This document shows, one piece after another, positions 10,018 through 20,051 of a stretch of DNA of 63,914 bases; positions within the stretch are counted from its first letter, which is position 1, and the number at the start of each line of letters is the position of its first letter. This stretch comes from Verrucomicrobiota bacterium (GTDB lineage Bacteria > Verrucomicrobiota > Kiritimatiellia > Kiritimatiellales > JBHORO01), in assembly GCA_042566005.1 (NCBI GenBank), contig JBHORO010000003.1:1-63914 (forward strand), in the 5' to 3' direction. The notes under the pieces are model-generated. The model was given only the letters and a program-made list of their open reading frames with translations, did not search any database and was not told the DNA's origin. A program made the position numbers and the translations under genes.

Positions 10018-10676
10018 TCCCTCACAGAAACTCCGGATTCACCCTGCTCGAACTGCTGATTTCAATCGCCATCCTGTCAATGGTGTTTGCAACCTGCCAT
10101 CTCGCCTTCTCCTCCGCACTGAACGCTTGGCGGCGCGGCACGCAATATCTCGAAAAGCAGCACCACAGCGACTTTATTCAGGAACAAATCTTTTCGGCCC
10201 TGCGCTCGGCCGCCTTTCTAGAGAGCAGCAAACTCAACTATGGATTCTGGCACACCGACAGCGAATTTGACGGCATCCCGCAGGACGAGATCAGCTGGGT
10301 CACCGCAAGCCCGGCCTTTTCTCGGGAGCCTTACACTTACGCCCCGCACCGCCTGCACCTGACCATCGACAAAGAACTCGAAGAGCCGGCACTGTCCGCC
10401 AAAACCCACTTCCACTTCGCCAAAGAAGAGGAAACTGAACTGGCGGAATACCGCGCGATTTCCCGTGAAATAATCGGCATCAACTGCCGCTTTTACGATG
10501 TCGTGAACGATGAATGGGACGACGAATGGGAAAACACCAACACCATTCCGCGCGAAGTCGAGATCACGCTCTACGCCCCGCCGGCTGATGAAGGCGAAGA
10601 TCCGATCACTTTCACCCGCATCATCGAAATACCCGTCGCTGAACAAACAGCTAAAAATTCCAAATCCAAAAAATAA
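10014..10676 (+). CDS. Minor pseudopilin, GspJ-like
   Basis: GFTLLELLISIAIL; W.DEW...IPREVEITL typical of the J-type C-terminus. Confidence 0.8.
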   Translation: MIPHRNSGFTLLELLISIAILSMVFATCHLAFSSALNAWRRGTQYLEKQHHSDFIQEQIFSALRSAAFLESSKLNYGFWHTDSEFDGIPQDEISWVTASPAFSREPYTYAPHRLHLTIDKELEEPALSAKTHFHFAKEEETELAEYRAISREIIGINCRFYDVVNDEWDDEWENTNTIPREVEITLYAPPADEGEDPITFTRIIEIPVAEQTAKNSKSKK

Positions 10677-11722
10677 TGGCCAGCAACAACACCCATTCAA
10701 AAAATGCCAAAAGCGGTTCCGCGCTGATTCTCGTGCTGTGGACTGTAATTATCATGTCATTGCTGATCGGCACCTTTGCCTTTGAAATGCATATCGAAGC
10801 CAAAATCGCGACACTGGAGCGTCAGCGCTTCAAAGCACAAGAGATCGCGCGCGCCGGGTTTGAATACGCCAAAGCCATTCTTACCGCCCCGGAACAGACG
10901 GAAGAAGAGGACGTAGCGGAGGTCGTTGAATTCCAGCAGGGTGCCAAACGCATTCGGCGCGGACTGAACCTCAGCAACCTGACCTACGAGTTGCCCGACG
11001 GACGCTTCTCGGTTTCGATCGAGCACGAAAGCGGCAAGCGCAACATCAACAAACTCTTAGCGGATGAATGGGTTTTGCTGCTGGAACAGTGCGACATCCC
11101 TCCCACAGAGCAGAACAAACTGATCGACTGCTACACCGACTGGATTGACGAAGGCGACTTGCACCAGCTCAACGGAGCCGAATCGGACGACCCCTTCTAT
11201 ACTGAACTCGGCTACAGTTGCAAAAATGCGCCAGTTGAAACCATCAAAGAACTACTGTTGATCAAAAATTTCACGGAAGCCACTCTGTACGGCGGAACCA
11301 CCGAGGACGGCGACGAAATTTCCGGGATCGCTGACAAACTGACCGTATGGGGTGACGGAAAAGTTAATTTAAACAGCGCCTCGCGGGAAGTCCTGATGAC
11401 CTTCTTCGAGTTAGAGGAAGGTGTCATTGATGAAATTCTGGATCTCTGGAAGGGGCTCGATGGTGAAGCCGACACCGAAGATGACGGATTTAGCAGCCTT
11501 GCAGAAATCGGGCTCAACCAATTTAAAAACAAGTTTACCACCCAAAGTTCGCACCTGCGGATCATCAGTCGTGCAAGAACCGAAAACTTCGTTTATGAAA
11601 TCCAGAGCGTAGTCCACGCTGACGGAAAGGAGTTGCAGGTACTCTATTGGAATGAGTCGTTTCTTTCGCCCGACAAACTCGTAACAGAACCGGAACAAAA
11701 AGAACCTTCCGAAAATCTGTAG
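10676..11722 (+). CDS. gspK: Minor pseudopilin K
   Basis: GSALILVLW (no E5), ESGKRNIN, DWIDEGD...GAE, ELLLIKNF, VNLNSASREVL. Confidence 0.88.
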   Translation: MASNNTHSKNAKSGSALILVLWTVIIMSLLIGTFAFEMHIEAKIATLERQRFKAQEIARAGFEYAKAILTAPEQTEEEDVAEVVEFQQGAKRIRRGLNLSNLTYELPDGRFSVSIEHESGKRNINKLLADEWVLLLEQCDIPPTEQNKLIDCYTDWIDEGDLHQLNGAESDDPFYTELGYSCKNAPVETIKELLLIKNFTEATLYGGTTEDGDEISGIADKLTVWGDGKVNLNSASREVLMTFFELEEGVIDEILDLWKGLDGEADTEDDGFSSLAEIGLNQFKNKFTTQSSHLRIISRARTENFVYEIQSVVHADGKELQVLYWNESFLSPDKLVTEPEQKEPSENL

Positions 11723-11754
11723 AACCGCTAATATCTCACTTTTACCAACTACGA

Positions 11755-13092
11755 ATGGCTACTAACTACACAATCGGAATAAGCAGCTCGGATACGTCCG
11801 TTGAGTGGACGACCTTACACGCCACTCAGGACGGACTGGAAATCAGAGAGTCCCGGAAGGAAAACTTGGACGAAAGTGGCGCTTTGCCGGCACTCTTTCA
11901 TGACCATCATAAAGACACCATTGTCTCGGGTTTGCCTGCCAGCACACTGCTCACCCACGTTTTCAATCTCCCCAGCACGGATCCCGACGAAATTGCTGGA
12001 ATGGTCGAGCTCCAGCTGGACAAGATTTCACCCTACCCGCTTCAGCAGCTGGTTGTTTCCTACGAGATCCTCGCACAGGGTGAAACGTATACCCGCGTAC
12101 TGGTTGCCGGTGTTCGTCGGGAAATTATTGATCAACTGGGGGCGCAACTTAAGTCGGCCGGGCTCGTGCTTAACAGCCTCGATCTGGAACTGCTCTGCCG
12201 CTGGGATCAGCTTCTGCGAGCGGACAAAATCGAAGCAGAGGGCGGTGAAGCAATCCTCGTTTTTGAAAAAGGTGAAGCCGGCTTGATTATCGCCGAAAAC
12301 GGCGAACCGCTCCTGTTTCGCGCACTTCCTGTCACCAACGACACCCCGGCAAACGAACTGTTCGCAGAGCTCGAATACAGCATGACGATGCTCGAACAGG
12401 AATTTCATATGCAAGAGCTTCACCGCATTGACCTGTGGAGTGACGGATCCTTGCCCGAAATGGCCCAAGCGATCAAGCAACAGGACGATCAGACGGCCAA
12501 CTGCTTTGACCTAGCGGAACTGCCTCCGCTCTCTAACGCGTTAGCACGCCGCTACCAACGACGCGAAATGCACCATCTTGAGCTCGTCCCCAAGGAATGG
12601 ATTGAGGCTGCGACAAACAAAGCCCTCATGCGCAAACTCTATAAATTCAGCGGCATTGTTCTAGGCATCTGGCTGGCCTTGGTTCTGATGGCCAGCATCG
12701 CGATTTCAGTTCACAAGCACCAGGTCACAGAGCTGCGCAACATCGCCGAGCAACTCAACGGCCCAGCGAAAGCAGTACAGGAATCCAGCCGCAAAATGAA
12801 CGCCCTGCTTAGTTACACCGACCAAAGGTATTCAGCCATCGAATCGCTTCGCGAAGTCAGCACCCTGCTTCCGCCGGGCATTGACCTGTCCGCGTTCAAC
12901 TACAAGAAAGGCCGTGCCCTGACCCTGCGCGGAGAGGCAGAATCCGACGACGCAGTCTACAAGTTTTTCGATACGCTCGCCCAATCCGATTTCTTCAAAG
13001 AGATCAAAGATCAGCGCGTAACCACAGCCACCCGCAAAGGCCGGAGGATCTCCCAATTCTCGCTGACCGCTACTCCGGAGGGAATCGAATAA
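11755..13092 (+). CDS. GspL / PilM-PilN-like assembly protein
   Basis: Cytoplasmic actin-like domain, one TM segment, periplasmic PilN-like domain (LTLRGEA); operon order. Confidence 0.75.
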   Translation: MATNYTIGISSSDTSVEWTTLHATQDGLEIRESRKENLDESGALPALFHDHHKDTIVSGLPASTLLTHVFNLPSTDPDEIAGMVELQLDKISPYPLQQLVVSYEILAQGETYTRVLVAGVRREIIDQLGAQLKSAGLVLNSLDLELLCRWDQLLRADKIEAEGGEAILVFEKGEAGLIIAENGEPLLFRALPVTNDTPANELFAELEYSMTMLEQEFHMQELHRIDLWSDGSLPEMAQAIKQQDDQTANCFDLAELPPLSNALARRYQRREMHHLELVPKEWIEAATNKALMRKLYKFSGIVLGIWLALVLMASIAISVHKHQVTELRNIAEQLNGPAKAVQESSRKMNALLSYTDQRYSAIESLREVSTLLPPGIDLSAFNYKKGRALTLRGEAESDDAVYKFFDTLAQSDFFKEIKDQRVTTATRKGRRISQFSLTATPEGIE

Positions 13093-13643
13093 TGAAACTT
13101 TCCCGACGCGAAATGATACTCGGGGGCCTGACACTCAGCGCAGTGGTCATCGGCCTGACCTTCTGGATCGGTGAATCCAAACTGAAAAGCTGGAAACAGC
13201 TCTCCAGCGAAAAAGAGAGCCTGCGCGAACAGATTGAAAAAAGAGAACGGATCATCTCTCGCAAGAGCCTCTTCGACAAAAGACTTACGGAGCTCCAGCA
13301 GCAGATCCCTCAGTTTGAATCCAAACGCCAAATCACCCCCGAGCTGCTGAAAGGGATCAAGAGCATCGCCGACAAGCATGACCTGAAACTGCCGCGCATT
13401 CAGCCCGGCAAAGAGAAACAGATCGGCGATTTATACGAACTGCACATCACCTGCTCCTGGGAAGGATCCCTGGAAGCCGTGACGCGCGTTCTTTTTGACC
13501 TTCAATCAGCGGGCTCACGCTACGATATTGCACAGATGCACGTCACACCGCTTTCAGCTGACAAGCTAAAGGGAAGCATGGAAATCGCCTGCGCCTATTA
13601 CCGCAACGGCAATCCGAACAAAGCAGCGAATTTAGAAAAATAA
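13092..13643 (+). CDS. GspM / PilO-like assembly protein
   Basis: MKLSRRE + TM + coiled coil + ferredoxin-like domain (EGSLEAV). Confidence 0.75.
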   Translation: MKLSRREMILGGLTLSAVVIGLTFWIGESKLKSWKQLSSEKESLREQIEKRERIISRKSLFDKRLTELQQQIPQFESKRQITPELLKGIKSIADKHDLKLPRIQPGKEKQIGDLYELHITCSWEGSLEAVTRVLFDLQSAGSRYDIAQMHVTPLSADKLKGSMEIACAYYRNGNPNKAANLEK

Positions 13644-13652
13644 GGTAAACGC

Positions 13653-15860
13653 ATGAAATTTCACAATCTCCCGTCCCTAACTACGGTCGTCCTGCTGGCT
13701 CTCAGCCTCAGCGCAAGCGCCCAGCAAAAAAAATTCAATCTCAGTTTTGAATCCGCACCGGTCGAGCAGGTCAGCAGCTACTACGGCGACCTCGTCGGCC
13801 GCACCGTGCTCCAAAACCAGACCATCAAAGCCAATCTCTCCCTCAAAGGCCGCAACCTCACTAAAGCAGAAGTGATCCAGGCCATCGAAACCGTACTCGA
13901 AATGAATAACGTCGCCCTCGTGCCGGTCGGCGATAAGTTTCTCAAAGTTGTCGTCTCCAACACCGCCCGTAAAGAAGGCATACCCCTCGAAATTCATGCT
14001 GAAGATGCCACACTCAGTGCCACAGATAAAGTCGTTACCCGCATCCTCACGCTCAAACACGCCGACATCCAGGAAGCACAAGGCATCCTCCAGCAGCTGA
14101 TGGGCCGCAACGGCAATATCCAGCCGCTCGAACGCTCCGGCAGCCTCATGATCACCGACAGCTCCCTGAACCTCAAACGCATGCTCGAAGTACTGGAATA
14201 CATTGACCAGCCGACCATCAAAATCGAACCGCGCATCTACGAACTCGTACACGCTGAAGCCGGCAAAGTCGCTTCAAAGCTGACCGAACTCGTTGAAATC
14301 GCGCAAGCCCAGTCCTCCAAACCGACAACCACTCCCGCCCGCCAGGCCCCAGCCGGTGTCATCCGGGCACGTACAGCCACTCGCGCCACACCGGCCCAGA
14401 CGACAACCAGTACCTCCGGCGCCCCCGGCAGCGGAATGATTGAGGGTTTTGTTAAAATCACATCCGATGAACGTACAAATATCCTGATCATCTTCACCAA
14501 AGAGTCCAATTTTGAATTCTTCGACAAAATCATCAAAGTACTCGACATACCGGTTGATCCAGCCGTCATTGTCGAGGTGGTAAACTTAGAATATGCCGAA
14601 GCCAAGGAAATCGCCGGTGTTCTGAACGAGTTTGTCGGAGCGGCCAAGGAAACTGAAAAATCGAAGTCCGCAGGGGCCAATAATAAAGCCGAAACTACCA
14701 CCCCCGCGCGCACAGCCGGACGTGAAGGCAACACCGAAGCACAACAAGCCATTGGCCGCCTCTCTGAAGACACAAAAATCCTCTCTGACGAGCGGACCAA
14801 CTCCCTCTTGCTCATGGGCCGCAAATCTGACATCGCCGCCCTGCGACAGGTCATTAAAGGGCTCGACGTCATGCTCGAGCAGGTCCTCATTGAGGCCGTC
14901 ATCCTTAGCGTCGGGCTGGACGATTCTCTCCAAACCGGAGTCCAGTGGGTTTATCAGAATGTGCCGGGACAGGGAGATCTGATTTACACTGTCACAGAAC
15001 ACTCCATAACAAACGAACCAGTTATCTACAACAAACCCGAATATCAAAACAACAACCTAAACCGCGTCGGATTTGATGCCGCTGGCCTGGCCTCCAACAT
15101 GGTCGACGGGGCACTGAGTTACTACGGATCTTTCCCCAGACTAAACGTAAAAGCCATTGTTAGTGCGGCAAAAAGCGACGGGGATGCACGAATTCTCTCC
15201 ACCCCGGTTGTGATGACGACGGACAATACCGAAGCCAAAATCACCGTTGCGGAAGAGCGCCCGGTTGTTACCTCTTCGGTAACCGGAACAAGTAGCACCA
15301 CTGCGCGCTCGACCTATCAATACAAAACAATCGGCATTGATCTCACCGTCACACCGCACATTAACCCAGGGCGCTTTGTCCTCATGGAAATCAAACAGTC
15401 TGCCGACGATGTCGGCGGAAACGCTACGATTGACGGAAATGAAGTACCGATTATTTCCAAGCGCGAAATCAATGCGACTGTCGCTGTGCAGGATCGATCA
15501 ACCATCGTGCTCGGAGGTCTGGTTCGAAATGCAACTTCCGAGAGCGCAACCAAGATTCCGCTACTCGGCGACATCCCTTTGCTGGGCTGGTTTTTCAGCT
15601 CGCACAAGAAAACCAAAGACCGGCAGGAACTGGTTGTTTTGCTGACACCCTATGTGCTGACTAACAATGAAGAGGTGCTCCGCGAATCCGCACGCCGACT
15701 AAACGCATCTGATGCCAAAAACAGCGAATGGCCGCGCGGCTGGTCGGAAAGCCCTCTCCGCAATGATGAGCCGGCCAAAAAGAAGGATTTAAAAAATCAG
15801 GAGCAGAAATTCAAAACCTTGGACCAGGCACTGAATGAAATAACAACCGCCTCGCACTGA
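13653..15860 (+). CDS. gspD: Type II secretion system secretin D
   Basis: Signal peptide, repeated N domains (SDERTN), QVLIEAVI, ILSTP, LTVTPHIN, IVLGGL, IPLLGDIPLLGWFF. Confidence 0.93.
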   Translation: MKFHNLPSLTTVVLLALSLSASAQQKKFNLSFESAPVEQVSSYYGDLVGRTVLQNQTIKANLSLKGRNLTKAEVIQAIETVLEMNNVALVPVGDKFLKVVVSNTARKEGIPLEIHAEDATLSATDKVVTRILTLKHADIQEAQGILQQLMGRNGNIQPLERSGSLMITDSSLNLKRMLEVLEYIDQPTIKIEPRIYELVHAEAGKVASKLTELVEIAQAQSSKPTTTPARQAPAGVIRARTATRATPAQTTTSTSGAPGSGMIEGFVKITSDERTNILIIFTKESNFEFFDKIIKVLDIPVDPAVIVEVVNLEYAEAKEIAGVLNEFVGAAKETEKSKSAGANNKAETTTPARTAGREGNTEAQQAIGRLSEDTKILSDERTNSLLLMGRKSDIAALRQVIKGLDVMLEQVLIEAVILSVGLDDSLQTGVQWVYQNVPGQGDLIYTVTEHSITNEPVIYNKPEYQNNNLNRVGFDAAGLASNMVDGALSYYGSFPRLNVKAIVSAAKSDGDARILSTPVVMTTDNTEAKITVAEERPVVTSSVTGTSSTTARSTYQYKTIGIDLTVTPHINPGRFVLMEIKQSADDVGGNATIDGNEVPIISKREINATVAVQDRSTIVLGGLVRNATSESATKIPLLGDIPLLGWFFSSHKKTKDRQELVVLLTPYVLTNNEEVLRESARRLNASDAKNSEWPRGWSESPLRNDEPAKKKDLKNQEQKFKTLDQALNEITTASH

Positions 15861-15874
15861 TCAATTATCAGGCA

Positions 15875-17428
15875 CTACCCCAGAAAACGGCCGGATCTTA
15901 ATCCGGTCGTTTTTTTGTCGGCGATGATTTCTGTGCCATTAACAATAACGTGGCGCATACCCGTCGAGAGTTGGTGCGGATCCGCGTAAGAGGTTTTCTC
16001 CTCCACCTCATCCGCCGCGAAAACCAGTACGTCCGCAAAATATCCGGCTTCCAGGCGTCCGCGTTTTTCAAGGCCGAACCGCTCGGCAGGCAGAGAAGTC
16101 ATTTTACGCACGGCTTCTTCGATGCGAACGGTCTGCCCGCTCAGCGCAGCCCGCAAAAATTTGGTAAAGCTGCCATAGGCGCGCGGGTGCGGATGATCGT
16201 CGCTCAAAATGCCGGTCGGCGCGCGCAGTGATGCGTCACTGCCCAGCATCACATACGGCTCGCGCAGAATACGCCACATGTTCTCTTCGGACATCCCGAA
16301 GAAAATGCCGCCGGTTTTCAGGTTGTCGCGATCGACCAGCGCCAAAACGGCATCGACCGGCTCACAGCCCATCTCTTTAGCCGCATCCAACAGCATCCAG
16401 CCTTTGTACGCTGATTCTGTCGAACCGATCATTACGGTTTTCCAATAGCCCGGATGACGTTCCGCCTGCATCTCCTCGCGGATCTTTTTGCGCATCACAG
16501 AATCGCGCAGACGACGCAACACGCGTTCACGTCCGCCGTGCCCTGCCCAGTCGGGCAGCACCACATCCAAGTCGGTACAGGCGGCCGTATACGGATAACG
16601 ATCCGCTGCCACCGGCAAGCCCTCAGCCAACGCGGAACGCATCTTGTCCAAGGCTGCGTCAATCAGGTGCCAATTACCTTTACCGGACGTTTTCAGGTGC
16701 GAAATCTGGGTGCGGACTTCTGCACGGCGGCAAAGGTCGATGGTTTCATCAAGCGAGTCCAGCAACCCTTTGCCCTCACTGCGCATGTGCGAGGTATAAA
16801 TTTTTCCGTGTGCGCCAACCACCTTCGCCAGCTCAACCAGTTCGGCCGCGGGAACAGCCGAACCGGGCGGATAGAGCAGGCCCGAACTCAAGCCACAAGC
16901 CCCCTCTTCCAATGCCTGTTCAAGTCGCTTTTTCATTACGCGCATCTCATCCGAATCAGCACCGCGCGGCTCGTAGCCGCAGACGCCGGCATGCAGCGTG
17001 TTGTGACCGACCAGCATGGCCGCATTTACAGCAGGGGTGATCTCGTCAAACAACGTGCGGTATTCCGCAACCGTGCTCCACTGCGCAGGATACTCTTTAT
17101 CGAGCCAATCTGACGGCATGCGGTATTCACCCATGAGCGGAGCCGCCGACGCACCGCAGTTGCCGACTACTTCCGTGGTGATGCCCTGATAGATTTTGCT
17201 GGCAGCGGAAGGCTCGATCAACAGATAGGCATCCGAATGAGAATGTGCATCAACAAATCCGGGGCAAACATAACAGCCGGACGCGTCAATCACGCATTCA
17301 GCTTGAGCGGATGACAGTTCCCCAACCGCCGCGATCTGATCCCCTTTAATTCCGACATCGGCTTTCAGGCCAGGCGTACCGGTTCCGTCGACAACGGTTC
17401 CGTTTAAAACAAGGAGATCAAAATCCAT
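15875..17428 (-). CDS. N-acyl-D-amino-acid deacylase (D-aminoacylase, amidohydrolase)
   Basis: VVDGTG, PGFVDAHSHSD, GITTEVVGNCG, SHMRSE, ISHLK, GSDA, HPHPRAYGSF. Confidence 0.9.
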   Translation of the reverse strand: MDFDLLVLNGTVVDGTGTPGLKADVGIKGDQIAAVGELSSAQAECVIDASGCYVCPGFVDAHSHSDAYLLIEPSAASKIYQGITTEVVGNCGASAAPLMGEYRMPSDWLDKEYPAQWSTVAEYRTLFDEITPAVNAAMLVGHNTLHAGVCGYEPRGADSDEMRVMKKRLEQALEEGACGLSSGLLYPPGSAVPAAELVELAKVVGAHGKIYTSHMRSEGKGLLDSLDETIDLCRRAEVRTQISHLKTSGKGNWHLIDAALDKMRSALAEGLPVAADRYPYTAACTDLDVVLPDWAGHGGRERVLRRLRDSVMRKKIREEMQAERHPGYWKTVMIGSTESAYKGWMLLDAAKEMGCEPVDAVLALVDRDNLKTGGIFFGMSEENMWRILREPYVMLGSDASLRAPTGILSDDHPHPRAYGSFTKFLRAALSGQTVRIEEAVRKMTSLPAERFGLEKRGRLEAGYFADVLVFAADEVEEKTSYADPHQLSTGMRHVIVNGTEIIADKKTTGLRSGRFLG

Positions 17429-17440
17429 AGAATCCAGTTC

Positions 17441-18421
17441 CTAGCGAGATTTTTTGGCAAGGGAGAGGTATTCACGAATGCCGGTCGCAATGCCCTGCGC
17501 CATCGCCTCGCGGAAATTGGCTTCGATCATTTTAGACTCTTCCGCTGCGTTACTCACAAAGGCACCCTCAACCAGCGCGGCCGGACAGGGTGCGTCCTTG
17601 AGCACCTTAAAGCGGGCGCGTTTAACACCGCGATCAGGGCGCTTGGCCGACCTGAGCAGAGCTCGCTGAATGCGATAGCCCAAAAGCATATTGGCGGAAT
17701 CATGCCGGTTTCCGCGGCAGGCGGTTTTCCGGGCTTTCTGACCATAATGATTGGTCGAATCCTCACCCGTCGGTGCCAACACATAGGTTTCCGATCCGGC
17801 GACGGACTTATCGCCGCTGGAGTTCATATGAATACTAACAAAAAGGCTGGCCCCGGCCCGGGCGGCAATCGCGGCACGTTCGGTCAGAGATAAATACACA
17901 TCGCGCGGGCGTGTTTTTTTCACCCGAATGCCGTGCTTTCTTAATTCCCGTTCAACGCGCTTGGCAACATCCATCACAACCAGGCGCTCTTTCACATTGC
18001 GGACACCTTTAGCCCCATCATCTTTTCCGCCGTGCCCGGGATCGAGCATAACCAAGCTGGTCGGGGCGTTTCTCAAATAAGTGGCCGGTCGTAAAACGGG
18101 ATCAATTGTACGGGTAAAATCACGCTCATAAATGGCCCAGCTCCCCATAACCTTACGTACTGGATGCAGCAACCAGACACTTACCCCATCGATGGTGCAC
18201 TTGCGGCTGTCATGTTCGAAGGTCAGGGTGTGCCAACGGTTCTTGTAGGTATCATATCGTGAGCCGGCAGAACGACTCATACCATAGGTGCCTCCAAGGG
18301 CGCTGAGGCTGAGATATCGGCGACCCTTATAGGTGTGAACCTGCGCAGCCGAGCCCTTTCTTGTAAAAAACAGGGTGCTGGCTAATAAACCATAAATTAT
18401 TGATGCAACTCTACTCGCCAT
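17441..18421 (-). CDS. N-acetylmuramoyl-L-alanine amidase (Amidase_3)
   Basis: MLDPGHGGKDDGA, E, LSLTERA, FVSIHMN, FKVLK...PAALVEGAFVSN. Confidence 0.92.
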   Translation of the reverse strand: MASRVASIIYGLLASTLFFTRKGSAAQVHTYKGRRYLSLSALGGTYGMSRSAGSRYDTYKNRWHTLTFEHDSRKCTIDGVSVWLLHPVRKVMGSWAIYERDFTRTIDPVLRPATYLRNAPTSLVMLDPGHGGKDDGAKGVRNVKERLVVMDVAKRVERELRKHGIRVKKTRPRDVYLSLTERAAIAARAGASLFVSIHMNSSGDKSVAGSETYVLAPTGEDSTNHYGQKARKTACRGNRHDSANMLLGYRIQRALLRSAKRPDRGVKRARFKVLKDAPCPAALVEGAFVSNAAEESKMIEANFREAMAQGIATGIREYLSLAKKSR

Positions 18422-18499
18422 AACAGACTGGAAATAATGACATTTTCGCCCGAAAGGTTCAAAGCCGGATTACGACATATTTCGTTACATTACTGAGGC

Positions 18500-18532
18500 A
18501 AAAAAATATCCCTTGCGGTACGCAAGGGATAT
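18500..18532 (-). terminator. Intrinsic terminator downstream of the lipoprotein gene
   Basis: ATATCCCTTGCG-GTA-CGCAAGGGATAT hairpin with an A-run on + (U-tract on -). Confidence 0.75.
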
Positions 18533-18557
18533 CAACAAATCTGAAGCAGATGCTTAA

Positions 18558-19337
18558 TTATTCCATCATAGAAGCATCATCCTCGACCACTTCCTCAGCA
18601 ACCGGAATCACGTCTGATTCAAGCGGGTTCTCGATTACTTCAACCTGCTTATCCAGCTCAACTTCTTCGATGACCAGCTCACCCTCGACCGGATCCTCCA
18701 ACGGAAGCATTTCAACCACCGGCTCTTCTTCCGGTTCCGGCTCAGCGTCATAGTCGATACCTTTATACTTGCGGTCAATGTATTCGCCCAGGTTGTGATA
18801 GTACCATTTATCACCCAGATACTGCGGGTTGATTTCAGAAACTTTGTGGCCATAACGCTCGGCAAACCACTGCCAGTGCGGGTAGCTGAACTTAAAGCCT
18901 GTGCCCAGGAAGTTCAACAGGCTGACCGTTTCATCAGAGTCGGTGCGATAGATCTGCTGACACCATGTGGAGCTCGGGATCAGCGCAGCCGGAGCATCTT
19001 TGCCCTCTTTTCCAACCAATACCGCGCGGGTCGGGGCCTGACGGAAGAAATTACCTGCCTTGTATGCATCGGCGGAAACTTTTACCCAGTCCGCACCGTC
19101 CCAGGCATGAATCTGAACCTGACCGTCCACTTCCTCATACGTAACCAGAATAACGGGATAACCTTTCACGCCGACATCAAATGCAATCTGCACAGCCTCT
19201 TCCGTTTGCGGCATGGCCAACAGCGTCAGGTCATAGCTGATTCCGGTGCGCTCGCCGCCCTGCTGCATGCTCGTGCAGGCCGTCAGCGCAAACGCCACAG
19301 CAGAAAACAAAAATCCACGAATTACCTTACCGATCAT
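18558..19337 (-). CDS. Hypothetical lipoprotein with acidic C-terminal tail
   Basis: Lipobox LTAC, GGAG RBS, E/D-rich tail; no family recognised. Confidence 0.7.
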   Translation of the reverse strand: MIGKVIRGFLFSAVAFALTACTSMQQGGERTGISYDLTLLAMPQTEEAVQIAFDVGVKGYPVILVTYEEVDGQVQIHAWDGADWVKVSADAYKAGNFFRQAPTRAVLVGKEGKDAPAALIPSSTWCQQIYRTDSDETVSLLNFLGTGFKFSYPHWQWFAERYGHKVSEINPQYLGDKWYYHNLGEYIDRKYKGIDYDAEPEPEEEPVVEMLPLEDPVEGELVIEEVELDKQVEVIENPLESDVIPVAEEVVEDDASMME

Positions 19338-19351
19338 TTTAGATCTCCTTT

Positions 19352-19870
19352 TTATTGGCCGATAACCGGCATCTGAATCGGCAGCGGGCGCTGGCCGAGT
19401 TCCTTATCAATCATCATCAGGCTGGCGCTGTGATCGCCTGCCATTTTAAGTTGGTCAATAATGTCACGCGTCTGCGCCTCTTCTTCGACCTGTTCAGAAA
19501 CAAACCATTCAAGAAAAATTCGCGTGGCGTGGTCGCGCTCTTCGAGCGCAATTTCCATCAAATCATTAAAGTTAGCCGTAACGCCCTCTTCATGCTTAAG
19601 CACCACCTGGTACATCTCAAGCAAAGACCCGAACTCTGCGGGAGGGGCATCAATCGGCAGCAAAACAACCTTGCCGCCCTTCTGCTGAATGTAGTCGTAA
19701 AGTTTCATCGCATGGGCGCTCTCTTCCTGAGCTTGAGCCATGAACCAATGTGTCGCACCGGGAATTCCCTGCGAAGCACAATAGGCCGACATTGCCAGAT
19801 ATAAATATCCGGAATAGAGTTCGTTTTTAACCTGGCCGTTCAGGGCCTCTTCCATACGTTTTGCAAGCAT
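19352..19870 (-). CDS. ftnA: Non-heme ferritin
   Basis: ELYSGYLYLAMS, QAQEESAHAMK, HE, FLEWFVSEQVEEE ferroxidase residues. Confidence 0.92.
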   Translation of the reverse strand: MLAKRMEEALNGQVKNELYSGYLYLAMSAYCASQGIPGATHWFMAQAQEESAHAMKLYDYIQQKGGKVVLLPIDAPPAEFGSLLEMYQVVLKHEEGVTANFNDLMEIALEERDHATRIFLEWFVSEQVEEEAQTRDIIDQLKMAGDHSASLMMIDKELGQRPLPIQMPVIGQ

Positions 19871-19995
19871 TACACTCTCCCAACTTTGGCGTTAAATATT
19901 AACGCCTCGCACTTTTGAGTCAAATAAACAATAGCAATCCGAGCCCGACAAATCACGCCATTCAGCCAAAACAGACCCCGATCCACCCAACCAAC

Positions 19996-20026
19996 AAAAA
20001 AAGACCCCCGCAAGCGAGGGTCTTTT
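19996..20026 (-). terminator. Intrinsic terminator after glnA
   Basis: AAAAAAAGACCCCCG-CAAG-CGAGGGTCTTTT. Confidence 0.7.
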
Positions 20027-20051
20027 AAGCGTTTCAGGAACGCGTTTCGAC

